A stretch of DNA of 64,000 bases from an uncultured Actinomycetota bacterium (GCA_963718765.1 CAVQZV010000015.1:4053-68052); one strand, 5' to 3'. Shown: positions 29,905 to 40,048, numbered from the stretch's first letter. The notes: generated by a model not told the origin, from the letters alone. A program made the numbers and translations.

Positions 29905-31305
29905 CTAGGTCGCCGGCTGGATGTTCTGGTTGATATGGAAGACGTTGTCAGGGTCGTACCGGCGCTTGAGCTCGGCCAGCCGCTGGTAGTTGCCCCGGTA
30001 TGCGGCCGCCACACGGTCCTGACCCTCGTTCATCAGGAAGTTGACGTATGCCCCCCCAGCTGAGGTGGGGTGGAGTTCTTCCCAGTAGTCGCGCGCCCAC
30101 TGGGTGATGCGCGGCGCACTGGTGGGATCCGGGTCGACGCCGACGATGACGCCCGCCCAGCCGCCGTCACGGTAGGCGAACGCGGTGGCGTCTTCTCCTA
30201 CCCGGCTGACAGCGCCGTCGATGGGGTACATATGCATCGTGGAGTGACCGGTTGGCAACTGGTTGCCGTACTTGAGATGCACGTCGATGGCCGCGTCCGA
30301 GATCTCGTTGAAGAAGTCGGCCCGCCAGTACCACTGCAGTCCGGTGGGGTAGAGCGCGTCGAATGCACTTTGCAGCGCGGTGAACGGCATGGCCTGCAGC
30401 CCCACCACGAGCGGTGAGCCGAAGCGCTTGACCGGCTCGAGCACCTCGTCGGCCCTGTCGTGCGGTCCGGTGTAGCACCAGACGATGGCACAGGACTTGC
30501 GCCCCCACAGAGTCTCGGGGAACGGCGGCGCTGGGGGTATCGTGATCAGCCCGATCCAGCCTGACAGTTCCTCAGGCAGTGCTGGCAGGAGTTCCCGGTA
30601 CCAGCGCATGACGTCCGCGGTGTCGGCAAAGTCGTAGAGCACAGGACCGCCGATGATGGTGCCGTTGTCGCCGATGTCATGGCAGCGGAACGTGAACGAA
30701 GTGACCACGCCGAAGTTTCCGCCGCCGCCTCGTAGTGCCCAGAGCAGGTCGCTGTCGGACTCCTCGCTGGCGGTCACAAATCTCCCGTCGGCCAGGACCA
30801 CGTCCGCACTCAGCAGGTTGTCCACCGTGAGGCCGAATCGACGAGCGAGGTAGCCGATGCCACCGCCGAGCGTGAGCCCGGCCACACCGGTGGAGGCGAT
30901 GAAGCCAGAAGGAGTGGCCATGCCGAAGCTCACCGTCGCGTGGTCGACGTCTCCCCAGGTGCAGCCCGCGTCGACCCGTACCGTGTGGTTGACGGGGCTC
31001 ACCGTGGTACTGCGCAGTTGCGACAAGTCGATGACCAGAGCGTTGTCAGAGACGCCGAGTCCGGCCGCGTTGTGGCCGCCGCCCCGGACGGCTAGTTCGA
31101 CGCCGTGCTCGCGCCCGAACTTGACGCAGCTAATGACGTCAGCTACGTCACGGCACATCGCCACCGCGGCCGGGTGCTTGTCAATCATGGCGTTATAGAC
31201 GGCACGGGCGGCGTCGTAGCCAGGATCTGCGGGCGTGATCACGTTGCCGCGCAAGGCGGCAGCCAGGTCGCCATATGGCGCGGTATGAGTCGTTGTGGTG
31301 GACAT
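29905..31305 (-). CDS. FAD-linked oxidase with a berberine-bridge-enzyme (BBE) C-terminal domain
   Basis: 466-aa ORF; FAD_binding_4-type AVRGGGHNAAG, C-terminal YVNF...NYQRLAELKRRYDPDNVFHINQNI. GAGGGGG RBS before the ATG. Confidence 0.88.
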   Translation of the reverse strand: MSTTTTHTAPYGDLAAALRGNVITPADPGYDAARAVYNAMIDKHPAAVAMCRDVADVISCVKFGREHGVELAVRGGGHNAAGLGVSDNALVIDLSQLRSTTVSPVNHTVRVDAGCTWGDVDHATVSFGMATPSGFIASTGVAGLTLGGGIGYLARRFGLTVDNLLSADVVLADGRFVTASEESDSDLLWALRGGGGNFGVVTSFTFRCHDIGDNGTIIGGPVLYDFADTADVMRWYRELLPALPEELSGWIGLITIPPAPPFPETLWGRKSCAIVWCYTGPHDRADEVLEPVKRFGSPLVVGLQAMPFTALQSAFDALYPTGLQWYWRADFFNEISDAAIDVHLKYGNQLPTGHSTMHMYPIDGAVSRVGEDATAFAYRDGGWAGVIVGVDPDPTSAPRITQWARDYWEELHPTSAGGAYVNFLMNEGQDRVAAAYRGNYQRLAELKRRYDPDNVFHINQNIQPAT

Positions 31306-31344
31306 GCGGGCCCCCTCGGGTCGTTACCGTGAAGCTTGATCACA

Positions 31345-31381
31345 GCGAACGTAACCCCCGCGGCGTTCGCGAATCGTTCGC
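31345..31381 (-). promoter_or_regulatory. heptamer repeats GCGAACG-N4-GCGAACG (11-bp period) plus an inverted third copy, upstream of the BBE oxidase: candidate SARP box
   Basis: On the + strand CGTTCGC at 31364-31370 and 31375-31381, GCGAACG at 31345-31351. These sit 59-76 nt upstream of the oxidase ATG (31305). Confidence 0.4.
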
Positions 31382-31394
31382 GCGGCGCCGGGGT

Positions 31395-34300
31395 CTAGCC
31401 GGGCGGGAGGACGGCGGATGGGCGCGTCCGAACGCCTCGCCTCGCCAGGTCGTGCTCGCAGCGCCGGACTAGGGCGATACTGCCCTGTGCGGAGGCCGCC
31501 TTCGCCGCCGACTGCAGGCGTGAAATAGCCGACGGCTCCTCGTCGTAAGCAGCGCGCATGCGCATCACGTCCGGTAGCCACCAGAGATCGTCGTGGGACC
31601 GGGCCGAGATCAAGGCAGCGTCCAGGGTCGCACGCGCCGCTTCCGGCTGGTCGTTTCTGGCCAGAAGGTCGGCCTGCAGCGACAGCCAGTACGACATGCG
31701 GGCAAATGACCCTTGTGCTCGTAGATTGCTGATCCCCTGCTGGGCGAGAAGGATGCCCGACTCGTCCGTTCGTGACCAGCCGTCCAGAATCAGTGCCCAT
31801 TCGCGGTAATAGGCGAATCCGTACCGGCTGCACAGCTTGCGTAGCTCGGCCACACCGTCGCACAGCGCGGGCACGTCCTGGCACAGCTGGTGAGTGATGC
31901 AGCCATAAGCCAGCGCTACGGCCAGGCAGTACGGGTGGTCCATTGACCGGGCCAGCCTGATGGCCTCGCGGCAGGCCGACCGAGCCTCGTCCTCGTGGCC
32001 CAGCAGCCAGTATGCGTACGCGGCCCAGGCCGTGCTGTGCACATCAGCCCGGACGCCGATGCTCAGCCAGCCCGCGCCTCCCGACAGCTCAGCGGCGAGC
32101 TTCAGATGACGCAGTCCCTCGGCGGGCATCCCCAGGCTCACAGCCGAGCCGCCCATGGCGAAGTGTGCCTGGCCGCTCAGTTCAGAGTCGGGGCCTGCGA
32201 GCGCAAGGGCTCTCTTGGATAGCTCATAGCCATCCGCGGTGCGTCCCTGGACGAAGGCCGTTCCCCACAGCGAGACCAGCCCGATGATCGTGGACTTCTT
32301 CCGGCCGAGCGATTCGGCGAGCGCGATCGACCGCTCGAGGATGTCTTGCAGCTCCGGGGACGAGTAGCTGTGCCTGGCATTGAGTGGCGCCGCCATAGTC
32401 TCGAGGATCGCCAGCTCCTGGCTGTCGCGGTCGGCGCCCGCGGGCAGGCCGCGGACGATCGACAGCGCTTCCTTATGCAGCCGGATCGCCTCGGCGTGGG
32501 CGAATCGTTCTGCCGCGATCCCGGCGGCTCGCCGGTAGTAGCTCACTGCCTGTGCAGGGCGGCCGCCACGCGCATACTGTGCCGCCAGTTGAGCCGCAAC
32601 CGCATCGGTATCGCCAGCGTGCAGCAGTTCGAGCCCCTGTGCGATTCGCCGGTGCAGCAGCCACCGCTTCGCGGGGCTGATCTGGGCGTATGCCGTCTCC
32701 CGCAACAAGTCATGGGAAAAGTCGTAGCCGTCGCCGAGCTCACGAACGATTCTGCGATGCCATAGTTCGTCGACCGCGGCGACGACGGCGCCTGCGCCCA
32801 GGTCGCTTGCCTCGGAGAGCAGATCGAGAGTGAAGTCCGTTCCCACCGCCGCCGCAAGCCCGGCCACCTCGCGGGCCGATGCACTGGCCTGCGAAAGCCG
32901 GTTGCGCAGCACTGCGGTGTCACTGGCTGGCAGCGGAGTGCCGCCCGCATCGACAGTGCCGCGAACTGCCTCGATGACGTACAGCGGGAAGCCTCCCGTT
33001 GTTGCCTGGAGTACTGTCGCATCGGCCGCGGACATCGGCCTGCCCGAGACCGCTTCGGCGAGCTGCGCGGTATCGGCATCCTCGAACGGTCTCAGCGAAA
33101 GCTCGGTCAGCAATCCCGTAGACCGCATCCGCTCGGTCCAGTCTGCGAGCCCAAGGCCTTCGCCAGGGTTGTCGCGCACCGTGCCGGCTACCAGGATCTG
33201 ACTTTCGGGTGCCAGTCCCAGGCAGAATTCAACGAATGCCAGGGTCTCCTGGTCACACCACTGCATGTTGTCAAGGATCAGCAGCATCGGCCGCCCGACG
33301 GCCAGCAATGCCCGCGCCATGCCCTCGAAAAAACGATGCCGCTGCCAGGCGTCCGCCAGAGCCCTCGAACCGACTCCCGGCTGAGCGGCACCTCTGGAAG
33401 GCACGAGCCGGTTGACTTCCATACGCCAAATCTCGTCGAGAGTGGCCGTGGCCGACTGAATTGCCGGGTTGCGCAGCCAGTCCGCCACCGGGGCCAGGGC
33501 CAACCGGCCCGATGCCCCGAAGCACCGACTGCTGGCCACGACCGCACCTTCTCGCCGCGCATCCTCGGCAATCTCGGCTACCAGCCGGGTCTTCCCGACA
33601 CCGGCGCCGCCGCGGACCACCGCCAAGGCTGCCCCGCCGGTTGTGGCGGCTCGCCAGAGCTGCTGCAGGATGCCGAGTTCGCGGGACCGGCCGACCAATT
33701 GCGCAATTGCGATCCCGGACCGGCCGGCTGCAGGTTCAGCGGGCTGCGGTGCCACGCCTTCCTTGTCGTAGTCAAGCAGACGCTGGAAGGCTCGCCTTGT
33801 CGCAGGATCGGGGAGGATCCCGAGGTCGCGCTCCAGGACCGAGGCGCAGTGGTGGTACGTGCTTACCGCGCCGGCGCGATCTCCCATGTCGGCCTGGAGT
33901 TCCATGAGCGTGCGATATCCCGCCTCTTCGAGCGGCCGCAGCCGAGTCCGTCGGCGGGCCGCTTCGGCCGCACCGGCCACGTCACCCAGCCGTAGTCTCG
34001 TCTGACACACGAGGTCGCACAGCTCCACGCACTGGCCCTCAAGCTCAGCCCTGAGATCGAGCAGCCAGTCCTCATACCTTCCGGGCAGGAAATCGCCCCG
34101 GTACTGAGCCATGGCCATGGCGCCGTGTCCCACGGCACCGTCGTCATCGCCGGCCTTTGCGGCGGCTAGTGCGGCCCTGCGCTCCAGGTCGAAGATGCGG
34201 GCGTCGACGTGGCACGTCTCTGTATCCCGCCAGCAGAGATCCCTGGCTGTCACGACCAGAGAGGGTTCCTCGCCCAGCACCTGACGCAGCTGATGAAGCT

Positions 34301-34496
34301 CGCGGCGGAGGTTGGTCAGTGCTTGCGCGTCCGTCGATTCGGGCCACAATATGCCGGCGATCCGCTGCCGGGCCTGCGGTGATCCGGCGTGTGCGACCAG
34401 GAATGCGACGAGCGCGACCGCGCGCGACGAACAGGCCCGGACTCGGGTCCCGTTTTCCGTGATGAGCTGCTCTCCGAGCAGAGACACCTGCAGCAT
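31395..34496 (-). CDS. SARP/AfsR-like regulator: OmpR-type winged helix + BTAD + P-loop NTPase + TPR (1033 aa)
   Basis: N-terminus MLQVSLLGEQLITENG...ALVAFLV...NLRRELHQLRQVLG, BTAD (YRGDFLPGRYEDW...EEAGYRTLMELQ), Walker A GGAGVGKTRLVAE, C-terminal TPR-like helices. Confidence 0.88.
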   Translation of the reverse strand: MLQVSLLGEQLITENGTRVRACSSRAVALVAFLVAHAGSPQARQRIAGILWPESTDAQALTNLRRELHQLRQVLGEEPSLVVTARDLCWRDTETCHVDARIFDLERRAALAAAKAGDDDGAVGHGAMAMAQYRGDFLPGRYEDWLLDLRAELEGQCVELCDLVCQTRLRLGDVAGAAEAARRRTRLRPLEEAGYRTLMELQADMGDRAGAVSTYHHCASVLERDLGILPDPATRRAFQRLLDYDKEGVAPQPAEPAAGRSGIAIAQLVGRSRELGILQQLWRAATTGGAALAVVRGGAGVGKTRLVAEIAEDARREGAVVASSRCFGASGRLALAPVADWLRNPAIQSATATLDEIWRMEVNRLVPSRGAAQPGVGSRALADAWQRHRFFEGMARALLAVGRPMLLILDNMQWCDQETLAFVEFCLGLAPESQILVAGTVRDNPGEGLGLADWTERMRSTGLLTELSLRPFEDADTAQLAEAVSGRPMSAADATVLQATTGGFPLYVIEAVRGTVDAGGTPLPASDTAVLRNRLSQASASAREVAGLAAAVGTDFTLDLLSEASDLGAGAVVAAVDELWHRRIVRELGDGYDFSHDLLRETAYAQISPAKRWLLHRRIAQGLELLHAGDTDAVAAQLAAQYARGGRPAQAVSYYRRAAGIAAERFAHAEAIRLHKEALSIVRGLPAGADRDSQELAILETMAAPLNARHSYSSPELQDILERSIALAESLGRKKSTIIGLVSLWGTAFVQGRTADGYELSKRALALAGPDSELSGQAHFAMGGSAVSLGMPAEGLRHLKLAAELSGGAGWLSIGVRADVHSTAWAAYAYWLLGHEDEARSACREAIRLARSMDHPYCLAVALAYGCITHQLCQDVPALCDGVAELRKLCSRYGFAYYREWALILDGWSRTDESGILLAQQGISNLRAQGSFARMSYWLSLQADLLARNDQPEAARATLDAALISARSHDDLWWLPDVMRMRAAYDEEPSAISRLQSAAKAASAQGSIALVRRCEHDLARRGVRTRPSAVLPPG

Positions 34497-34660
34497 GCCC
34501 TACGCGGCCTCCTGACCTCAGGCTAGACCCGGTTAGCTAGGCCAGAGTCGCGGCGGCTGCGGCGGCTGGCGCGACCCGGAGGTGAAACGGAGCTTGACGC
34601 GCAACTACAGATTGTCACGAGAGTAGCCGCTGCGCTCTAGATTGCATGCCGACGAGTCGA

Positions 34661-34717
34661 GTGCTGCGGGCGCAATCGGGCGAGTTCAGCATCGAGCACG
34701 TGCGGAGGATCGGCTAA
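34661..34717 (+). pseudogene. relic of a yraN 3' end (18 codons plus stop)
   Basis: VLRAQSGEFSIEHVRRIG* versus the intact gene end VLRAQSGEFSIEYVRGVS* (29725-29781). 45/57 nt and 14/18 aa identical by manual alignment, stop codon in the same position. Confidence 0.7.
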
Positions 34718-34810
34718 CCAGCCTTTGGCGACTAGCGTGAACACTGGGTGAACGCGCAATGCCGGCTGCGGTCGGGTTTGATCGACTGCAGCGGCGGTAG
34801 GCGGGGCGGC

Positions 34811-36322
34811 ATGTCTGCAAACGTCGAGGAAATCGAGACAAAGTACGACGCGCCAGAGGGCGCTCAGCTGCCGGCCATGGACGCCCTGCCGGGCGTCGCG
34901 AGTGTGGTCCGGCCGGAACCGCAGCGGCTCGAGGCCGAGTACTTCGACACCCAGGACCTGCGACTGATCCGGTCGGGAATCACATTGAGGCGGCGCACCG
35001 GCGGCACCGACGACGGCTGGCATTTGAAGCTTCCCGTCGGCCCGAACACCCGCCGCGAGATCCGCGAGCCACTCGGGACGGACCGGCAGGTGCCGGATGT
35101 GCTCGTTAGCCTGGTTCGCGGCCGGGTTCGCGGCGAGCAGCTCCGGCCGGTGGCTCAGCTGATCACCACGCGGCAGCCGGTGATCCTTCTTGATGACCAC
35201 GCCGAGCCGCTCGCTGAGGTGGCCATCGACGACGTGCGCGCGGAGACTCTTGGCGATGCTCTCGTTGTCAGGAGCTGGCGCGAGGTCGAGGTTGAACTCA
35301 CCGGCGGGCGCCGCGACCTGCTCGAGGCGGCGGACACCTCGTTGCGGCAGCACGGCCTGCTGCCCGCGGGGCGGGCCGCGAAGCTGGAGCGGGCACTCGG
35401 CGTCTCGTCGGCCGAACCGACGCGACCAGCCCTGAGCGCAGCGTCACCTGCAGGAGAGGTGATTCGGGAGTACCTGAGAGCGCACGCCGAGGTGTTGATC
35501 TCACTCGATCCGCTGGTGCGCCGAAATGAGCCGGACGCGGTGCATCAGATGCGGGTTACGACTCGCAGGCTGCGCAGCGTTCTCCAGGCTTACGGTCCAT
35601 TCGCGGGCCTGCAGGCGCGCAGGCTCGTCAGCGAACTCCAGTGGCTCGGCACCGTTCTCGGCGCCGCGCGCGATGCCGAGGTGCTGGCTGCGCACCTGCT
35701 GACCGACCTGGACAGGCTGCCGGCCGAGCAGGTTATCGGTCCGGTCAAGGCGCGCGTTCAGGGCCATTTCGCGTCGGTTACGGCAGACGGCACGAGAGCG
35801 GTGGTCGCCGCTCTCGACTCCGGCCGCTATTTCGCGCTGCTTGACGACCTCGATTCGCTCGCTGCCTCTCCGGCGGGAGGCCCGGCAGCGCAGGCCGCCG
35901 GCTCGGTACTCCCAGCGGCCGTGGCGCGGGCTTACCGCCGGACACGACGCCGGGCTCGGCGCGCCAGCGGGGCGCCTGCCGGCCCGGCTACTAAGACCGC
36001 GTGGCATGAGGTCCGGAAGGCGGCGAAGCGCGCGCGCTATGCCGCCGAAGCAGTGGCGCCCGCGCTGGGTAGCGATGCGAGTCGCTTCGCGCGCCAGATG
36101 AAGTACGTCCAGTCCGCGCTGGGCGACTACCAGGACAGTGTCGTCGTGCGTCAGGCCGCACGGCAGCTTGGGATGAGCGCTCATCTGTCCGGCGAGAACG
36201 CGTTCAGCTATGGCGTGCTGTCTCAACTCGCCGCTTGCGAGGGCGACGGGCTCCTGGACGACGCGCAACGAATCTGGAAGCACGCGTCACGCCCGCGTTA
36301 CCGGCGCTGGCTGGGCGGCTGA
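34811..36322 (+). CDS. CYTH (triphosphate tunnel metalloenzyme) plus CHAD domain protein
   Basis: MSANVEEIETKYDAP... (ExExK CYTH start), C-terminal CHAD helices with HQMRVTTRRLRS and HEVRKAAKRARY. Confidence 0.85.
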   Translation: MSANVEEIETKYDAPEGAQLPAMDALPGVASVVRPEPQRLEAEYFDTQDLRLIRSGITLRRRTGGTDDGWHLKLPVGPNTRREIREPLGTDRQVPDVLVSLVRGRVRGEQLRPVAQLITTRQPVILLDDHAEPLAEVAIDDVRAETLGDALVVRSWREVEVELTGGRRDLLEAADTSLRQHGLLPAGRAAKLERALGVSSAEPTRPALSAASPAGEVIREYLRAHAEVLISLDPLVRRNEPDAVHQMRVTTRRLRSVLQAYGPFAGLQARRLVSELQWLGTVLGAARDAEVLAAHLLTDLDRLPAEQVIGPVKARVQGHFASVTADGTRAVVAALDSGRYFALLDDLDSLAASPAGGPAAQAAGSVLPAAVARAYRRTRRRARRASGAPAGPATKTAWHEVRKAAKRARYAAEAVAPALGSDASRFARQMKYVQSALGDYQDSVVVRQAARQLGMSAHLSGENAFSYGVLSQLAACEGDGLLDDAQRIWKHASRPRYRRWLGG

Positions 36323-36410
36323 CACTCTGGTACAGGGGCCACGGGACCGGGCCGCGCACGCTGAGTACTTCATTCAGCTGAAATTCAGCAATCACTCTTA
36401 GTGTGAGGGG

Positions 36411-37196
36411 GTGGACCGCGCACCTGACGGCGACGAGAAAACCCGCCGTCGGCCAGTGCTCGCTGTCTCACGTCATCTCTTCGCCGCGGGATTAGTGCTT
36501 GTCATCGCGCTGATCGCGGTCATCTCCGTCCTCGCGGCCAGGCTGAGCGACGCGCCTGGAGCTGCTCGCGCGCCGGCTGCCGCCCCCGCTCCGAGCCCGA
36601 CGCCCGCTGGTCCGACGGTGGCGGCCATCTACCAGCGCGTGCGGCCGTCCGTGGTTGTTGTCAGCACCGGAGACAAGCTCGGCTCCGGCGTCATCGTGTC
36701 GAACGACGGCACGATCCTCACCGCGAACCACGTGGTCGCTGGTGCCAAGAAAATCACTGTCATCTTCTTCGACGGTACCGAGGCGCAGGCGTCGGTTTCC
36801 TCGGCCGACCCGAAGCATGACATCGCGACGCTCGCCCCTGCCGCTCTGCCGTCCGTTCTCGTACCGACCTCGCTCGGCGGCGGAGCCGGCGTGGGGACCC
36901 CGGTCGTGGCGATTGGCAATCCGCTCGGCTTGGAGGACAGCGTGTCCTCGGGCGTCGTCTCGGGGCTGGACCGCACAGCAGACACCACCGATGGCACGTT
37001 CTCCGGACTCATCCAGTTCGACGCCGCGGTCAACCCCGGCAGTTCCGGCGGACCGCTGCTGAACGCCGGCGGGCTCGTCATCGGGATCGTGGTTTCCATC
37101 GCAGATCCCGGACGTGATGACGCGTTTGCTGGGATCGGGTTCGCGGTGCCCATCGGCGTCGCCCTCGGCGGGCGCGGCGGCGGGCCTCAGATTTGA
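36411..37196 (+). CDS. membrane-anchored trypsin-like serine protease (S1C/HtrA-like, no PDZ)
   Basis: TM segment, catalytic triad contexts TANHVV, HDIATL, GSSGGPL. GAGGGGG RBS. Confidence 0.85.
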   Translation: MDRAPDGDEKTRRRPVLAVSRHLFAAGLVLVIALIAVISVLAARLSDAPGAARAPAAAPAPSPTPAGPTVAAIYQRVRPSVVVVSTGDKLGSGVIVSNDGTILTANHVVAGAKKITVIFFDGTEAQASVSSADPKHDIATLAPAALPSVLVPTSLGGGAGVGTPVVAIGNPLGLEDSVSSGVVSGLDRTADTTDGTFSGLIQFDAAVNPGSSGGPLLNAGGLVIGIVVSIADPGRDDAFAGIGFAVPIGVALGGRGGGPQI

Positions 37197-37215
37197 GCGG
37201 CTACCATCCGGAGGA

Positions 37216-38208
37216 ATGCGCATGACCGAAGTCTCGGCCCAGCCCGCGAACCCGCTCGAACCCGTGCTGTTCGAGGTCAAGCGCACCATCGTCGGGCAGG
37301 ACATGCTGCTGGAGCGGATGGCGGTCGCGCTGCTGTCCGGCGGGCACCTGCTCGTGGAGGGAGTGCCGGGGCTCGCCAAGACCCTCGCGGTGAAAACGCT
37401 GGCCGCGGTGATCGGCGGGCAGTTCCAGCGCATCCAGTTCACCCCCGACCTCGTTCCCGCCGACCTGGTGGGAACGCGCGTCTACCACCAGCACAGCGGT
37501 GAGTTCCAGACCCAGCTCGGCCCGGTATTCGCCAACCTGGTACTGGCGGACGAGATCAACCGCGCGCCCGCGAAAGTGCAGAGTGCGCTCCTCGAGGTGA
37601 TGCAGGAGCACCAGGTCACCATTGGCCGCGAGACCTTCGCGGTGCCCGAGCCGTTCCTGGTCATGGCGACCCAGAACCCGATCGAGTCAGAGGGCACCTA
37701 TCCGTTGCCCGAGGCCCAGGTCGACAGGTTCATGATGAAGGTTGTCGTCGGGTACCCGAGCCCGGCCGAGGAGCATGCCATCGTCGACCGCGCCCTGCGG
37801 CGGGCCGAACCGATCCGGGCGATGCTCACTCCGGACGATCTTATCGGGATGCAGCAGCGGGTCCAGGACCTGTATGTAGACCCGTCCATCGTCAATTACG
37901 CGGTGCGCCTGGTCACCGCGACCCGGACGCCGAGCATGGCTGGGCTGGGCGACCTGGAGCGGTATGTCAGCTATGGCGCCAGTCCGCGGGCGTCCATAGC
38001 GCTGGTCACGGGTGGCCGGGCACTGGCTCTTCTGCGCGGACGGGACTACGTGCTGCCGCACGACGTCACCGAGCTGGCTCTGGACGTGCTACGACACCGC
38101 ATCGTGCTGTCGTACGAGGCACTAGCGGACGACATCGCCGATGAGGATGTCATCAGCCGGGTGCTGCGCGCCGTGCCCGCGCCCGAGGTCGTCTTGCAGA
38201 ACCGCTGA
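37216..38208 (+). CDS. MoxR-family AAA+ ATPase
   Basis: GHLLVEGVPGLAKT Walker A, LADEINRAPAKVQSALLEVM, ATQNPIE; begins 20 nt after the protease stop. Confidence 0.92.
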   Translation: MRMTEVSAQPANPLEPVLFEVKRTIVGQDMLLERMAVALLSGGHLLVEGVPGLAKTLAVKTLAAVIGGQFQRIQFTPDLVPADLVGTRVYHQHSGEFQTQLGPVFANLVLADEINRAPAKVQSALLEVMQEHQVTIGRETFAVPEPFLVMATQNPIESEGTYPLPEAQVDRFMMKVVVGYPSPAEEHAIVDRALRRAEPIRAMLTPDDLIGMQQRVQDLYVDPSIVNYAVRLVTATRTPSMAGLGDLERYVSYGASPRASIALVTGGRALALLRGRDYVLPHDVTELALDVLRHRIVLSYEALADDIADEDVISRVLRAVPAPEVVLQNR

Positions 38209-38213
38209 GCCTC

Positions 38214-39098
38214 ATGCGCACCGCTCCCGAACGACTCCTGCTGCGCCTGGAATGGCGCGTCATCCGCCGTCTGGATGGGCAGATCCAGGGCGGCTACCGC
38301 ACCGCGCACCGCGGCTCGGGCATCGACTTCACGGGGCTCCGCGAGTACGTCGAGGGCGACGACGCGCGGCATATCGACTGGAACGTGACGGCCCGGCTGA
38401 ACCAGCCGCAGCTGCGCATGTTCAACGAGGATCGCGAGGTCACCGTCTGGCTGGTCCTCGACCGCTCTGCATCCATGACGGTGGGTGCTCCTGGACGCGG
38501 GAAGGACGACGTGCTCGCCGAGCTGGCCCTCGTGCTCGCCCGGCTGTTCGGTCGTGGCGGTAACCGCGTCGGCGCGCTGCTCTACGACGTTGCGTCGATG
38601 CGCGTCGTGCGTCCCGGCGCCGGCCGGCAGCACGTCCTGCGAATCGGCGCCGAACTCGATCGCACCACCGGCACGCGCGAGACGGGGACGACGGATCTGG
38701 CTGCCATGCTCGAGGCAACGGCGCGGCTAGCCAAGCGCCGCAGTCTCGTCATCGTGATATCCGACTTCATCGGCACCGGCGACTGGGAACGCTCCCTGCT
38801 ACGCCTGGCGCAGCGGCACGAGATCGTGGCGCTGCGCATCGTGGACGCCGCGGATGACAACCTCCCCGACGTTGGCCTGATCGTGATCGAGGACGCCGAA
38901 ACCGGTGAGCAGCTGGTTATCGACTCGACAGACCCGCTGCTGCGCGCGCGCTTGCAGGCCGGCGTGGGCGAGCGCGAGGCTCGGCTCGGTGCTGGTATGG
39001 GCCGCGCAGGCGTGCCGATCCACCGCATCGACACCACTGCCGACCTTGCGGAGGCTCTGGTCGAGGTCGTTGCCAGCACCCAGCGCAGGCGCCCATGA
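38214..39098 (+). CDS. DUF58 domain protein
   Basis: GSGIDFTGLREYVEGDDARHIDWNVTAR signature. Confidence 0.9.
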   Translation: MRTAPERLLLRLEWRVIRRLDGQIQGGYRTAHRGSGIDFTGLREYVEGDDARHIDWNVTARLNQPQLRMFNEDREVTVWLVLDRSASMTVGAPGRGKDDVLAELALVLARLFGRGGNRVGALLYDVASMRVVRPGAGRQHVLRIGAELDRTTGTRETGTTDLAAMLEATARLAKRRSLVIVISDFIGTGDWERSLLRLAQRHEIVALRIVDAADDNLPDVGLIVIEDAETGEQLVIDSTDPLLRARLQAGVGEREARLGAGMGRAGVPIHRIDTTADLAEALVEVVASTQRRRP

Positions 39099-40048
39099 CT
39101 CTGTCCTCGCCTGCCCTGCTTGCGCCCGGGCTCATCATCGCGGCAGCTCTGACCTGGGCGATCATCGCCATCGCGCGGCGGCGAGCCGCCGCGCTCGCCG
39201 CCGCCGGCGTCACGGCTGCGCGCCCTGTACGCCAGACCGGCGCCTGGCTCAGCGTTACCGGAATTGCCTTGCTATCAGTCGCCGTTGCCGATCCCGCTGC
39301 CTCGGTTCCGGTGCCGCGGTCGGCCGGCACGGTCATCCTTGCTATGGATGTGTCGGGCAGTATGGCCGCCACAGACGTCCATCCCAGCCGGCTCGCCGCC
39401 GCACAGCGTGCCGCGCAGTCATTTATCGAGGCGCAGCCAGGAAGCGTCGACATCGGCGTGGTCGCCTTTGAGGAGGGCGCGCTCACCACTGCTTTCCCGA
39501 GCGCTGATCACACCGTCGCCGAAGCTGCGATCGGGCGGCTGCGGGTCGCCGGAGGAACGTCGCTGGGCTCGGCGATCATCGCCTCGCTATCCGCTATCAC
39601 GCGCAAGGAGGTCATCGTCAAGCCTGGCGGCGCCGTGCCGAACATCGGCTACTGGCCCTCGGCCACGATCGTTATGTTCACCGACGGCCAGGACGAGGGC
39701 GAGGGCGTCAGCCTGGACACCGCGGCGGCAGTCGCCGAGAAGGCCGGTGTTCGCATCGATACCGTCGGCGTCGGCACGACCGCGGGTACGACCGTCGAAG
39801 CCGACGGCTACCACCTATTCACCGCTCTCAGCCCGGCGACCCTGACCTCGATCGCAAAGACGACGGGCGGCTCTTATTACCCGGCCTCGGACGCGAGCAA
39901 GCTCACTCGCGTCGCGTCCACCATTGACCTTCGGCTGACCGTGGCGAACCGGCGGGTTCCGCTCGCCGCCCCGCTGATCGGCCTGGCCCTCTTGCTGCTC
40001 GTCACGGGCGCTGTCATGACTGTCGTCCAGTCGGGCCGGGTGGTCTGA
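39095..40048 (+). CDS. VWA domain membrane protein (BatA-like)
   Basis: N- and C-terminal TM segments, MIDAS DVSGSM, GGTSLGSAI; overlaps the DUF58 stop. Confidence 0.88.
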   Translation: MTLSSPALLAPGLIIAAALTWAIIAIARRRAAALAAAGVTAARPVRQTGAWLSVTGIALLSVAVADPAASVPVPRSAGTVILAMDVSGSMAATDVHPSRLAAAQRAAQSFIEAQPGSVDIGVVAFEEGALTTAFPSADHTVAEAAIGRLRVAGGTSLGSAIIASLSAITRKEVIVKPGGAVPNIGYWPSATIVMFTDGQDEGEGVSLDTAAAVAEKAGVRIDTVGVGTTAGTTVEADGYHLFTALSPATLTSIAKTTGGSYYPASDASKLTRVASTIDLRLTVANRRVPLAAPLIGLALLLLVTGAVMTVVQSGRVV

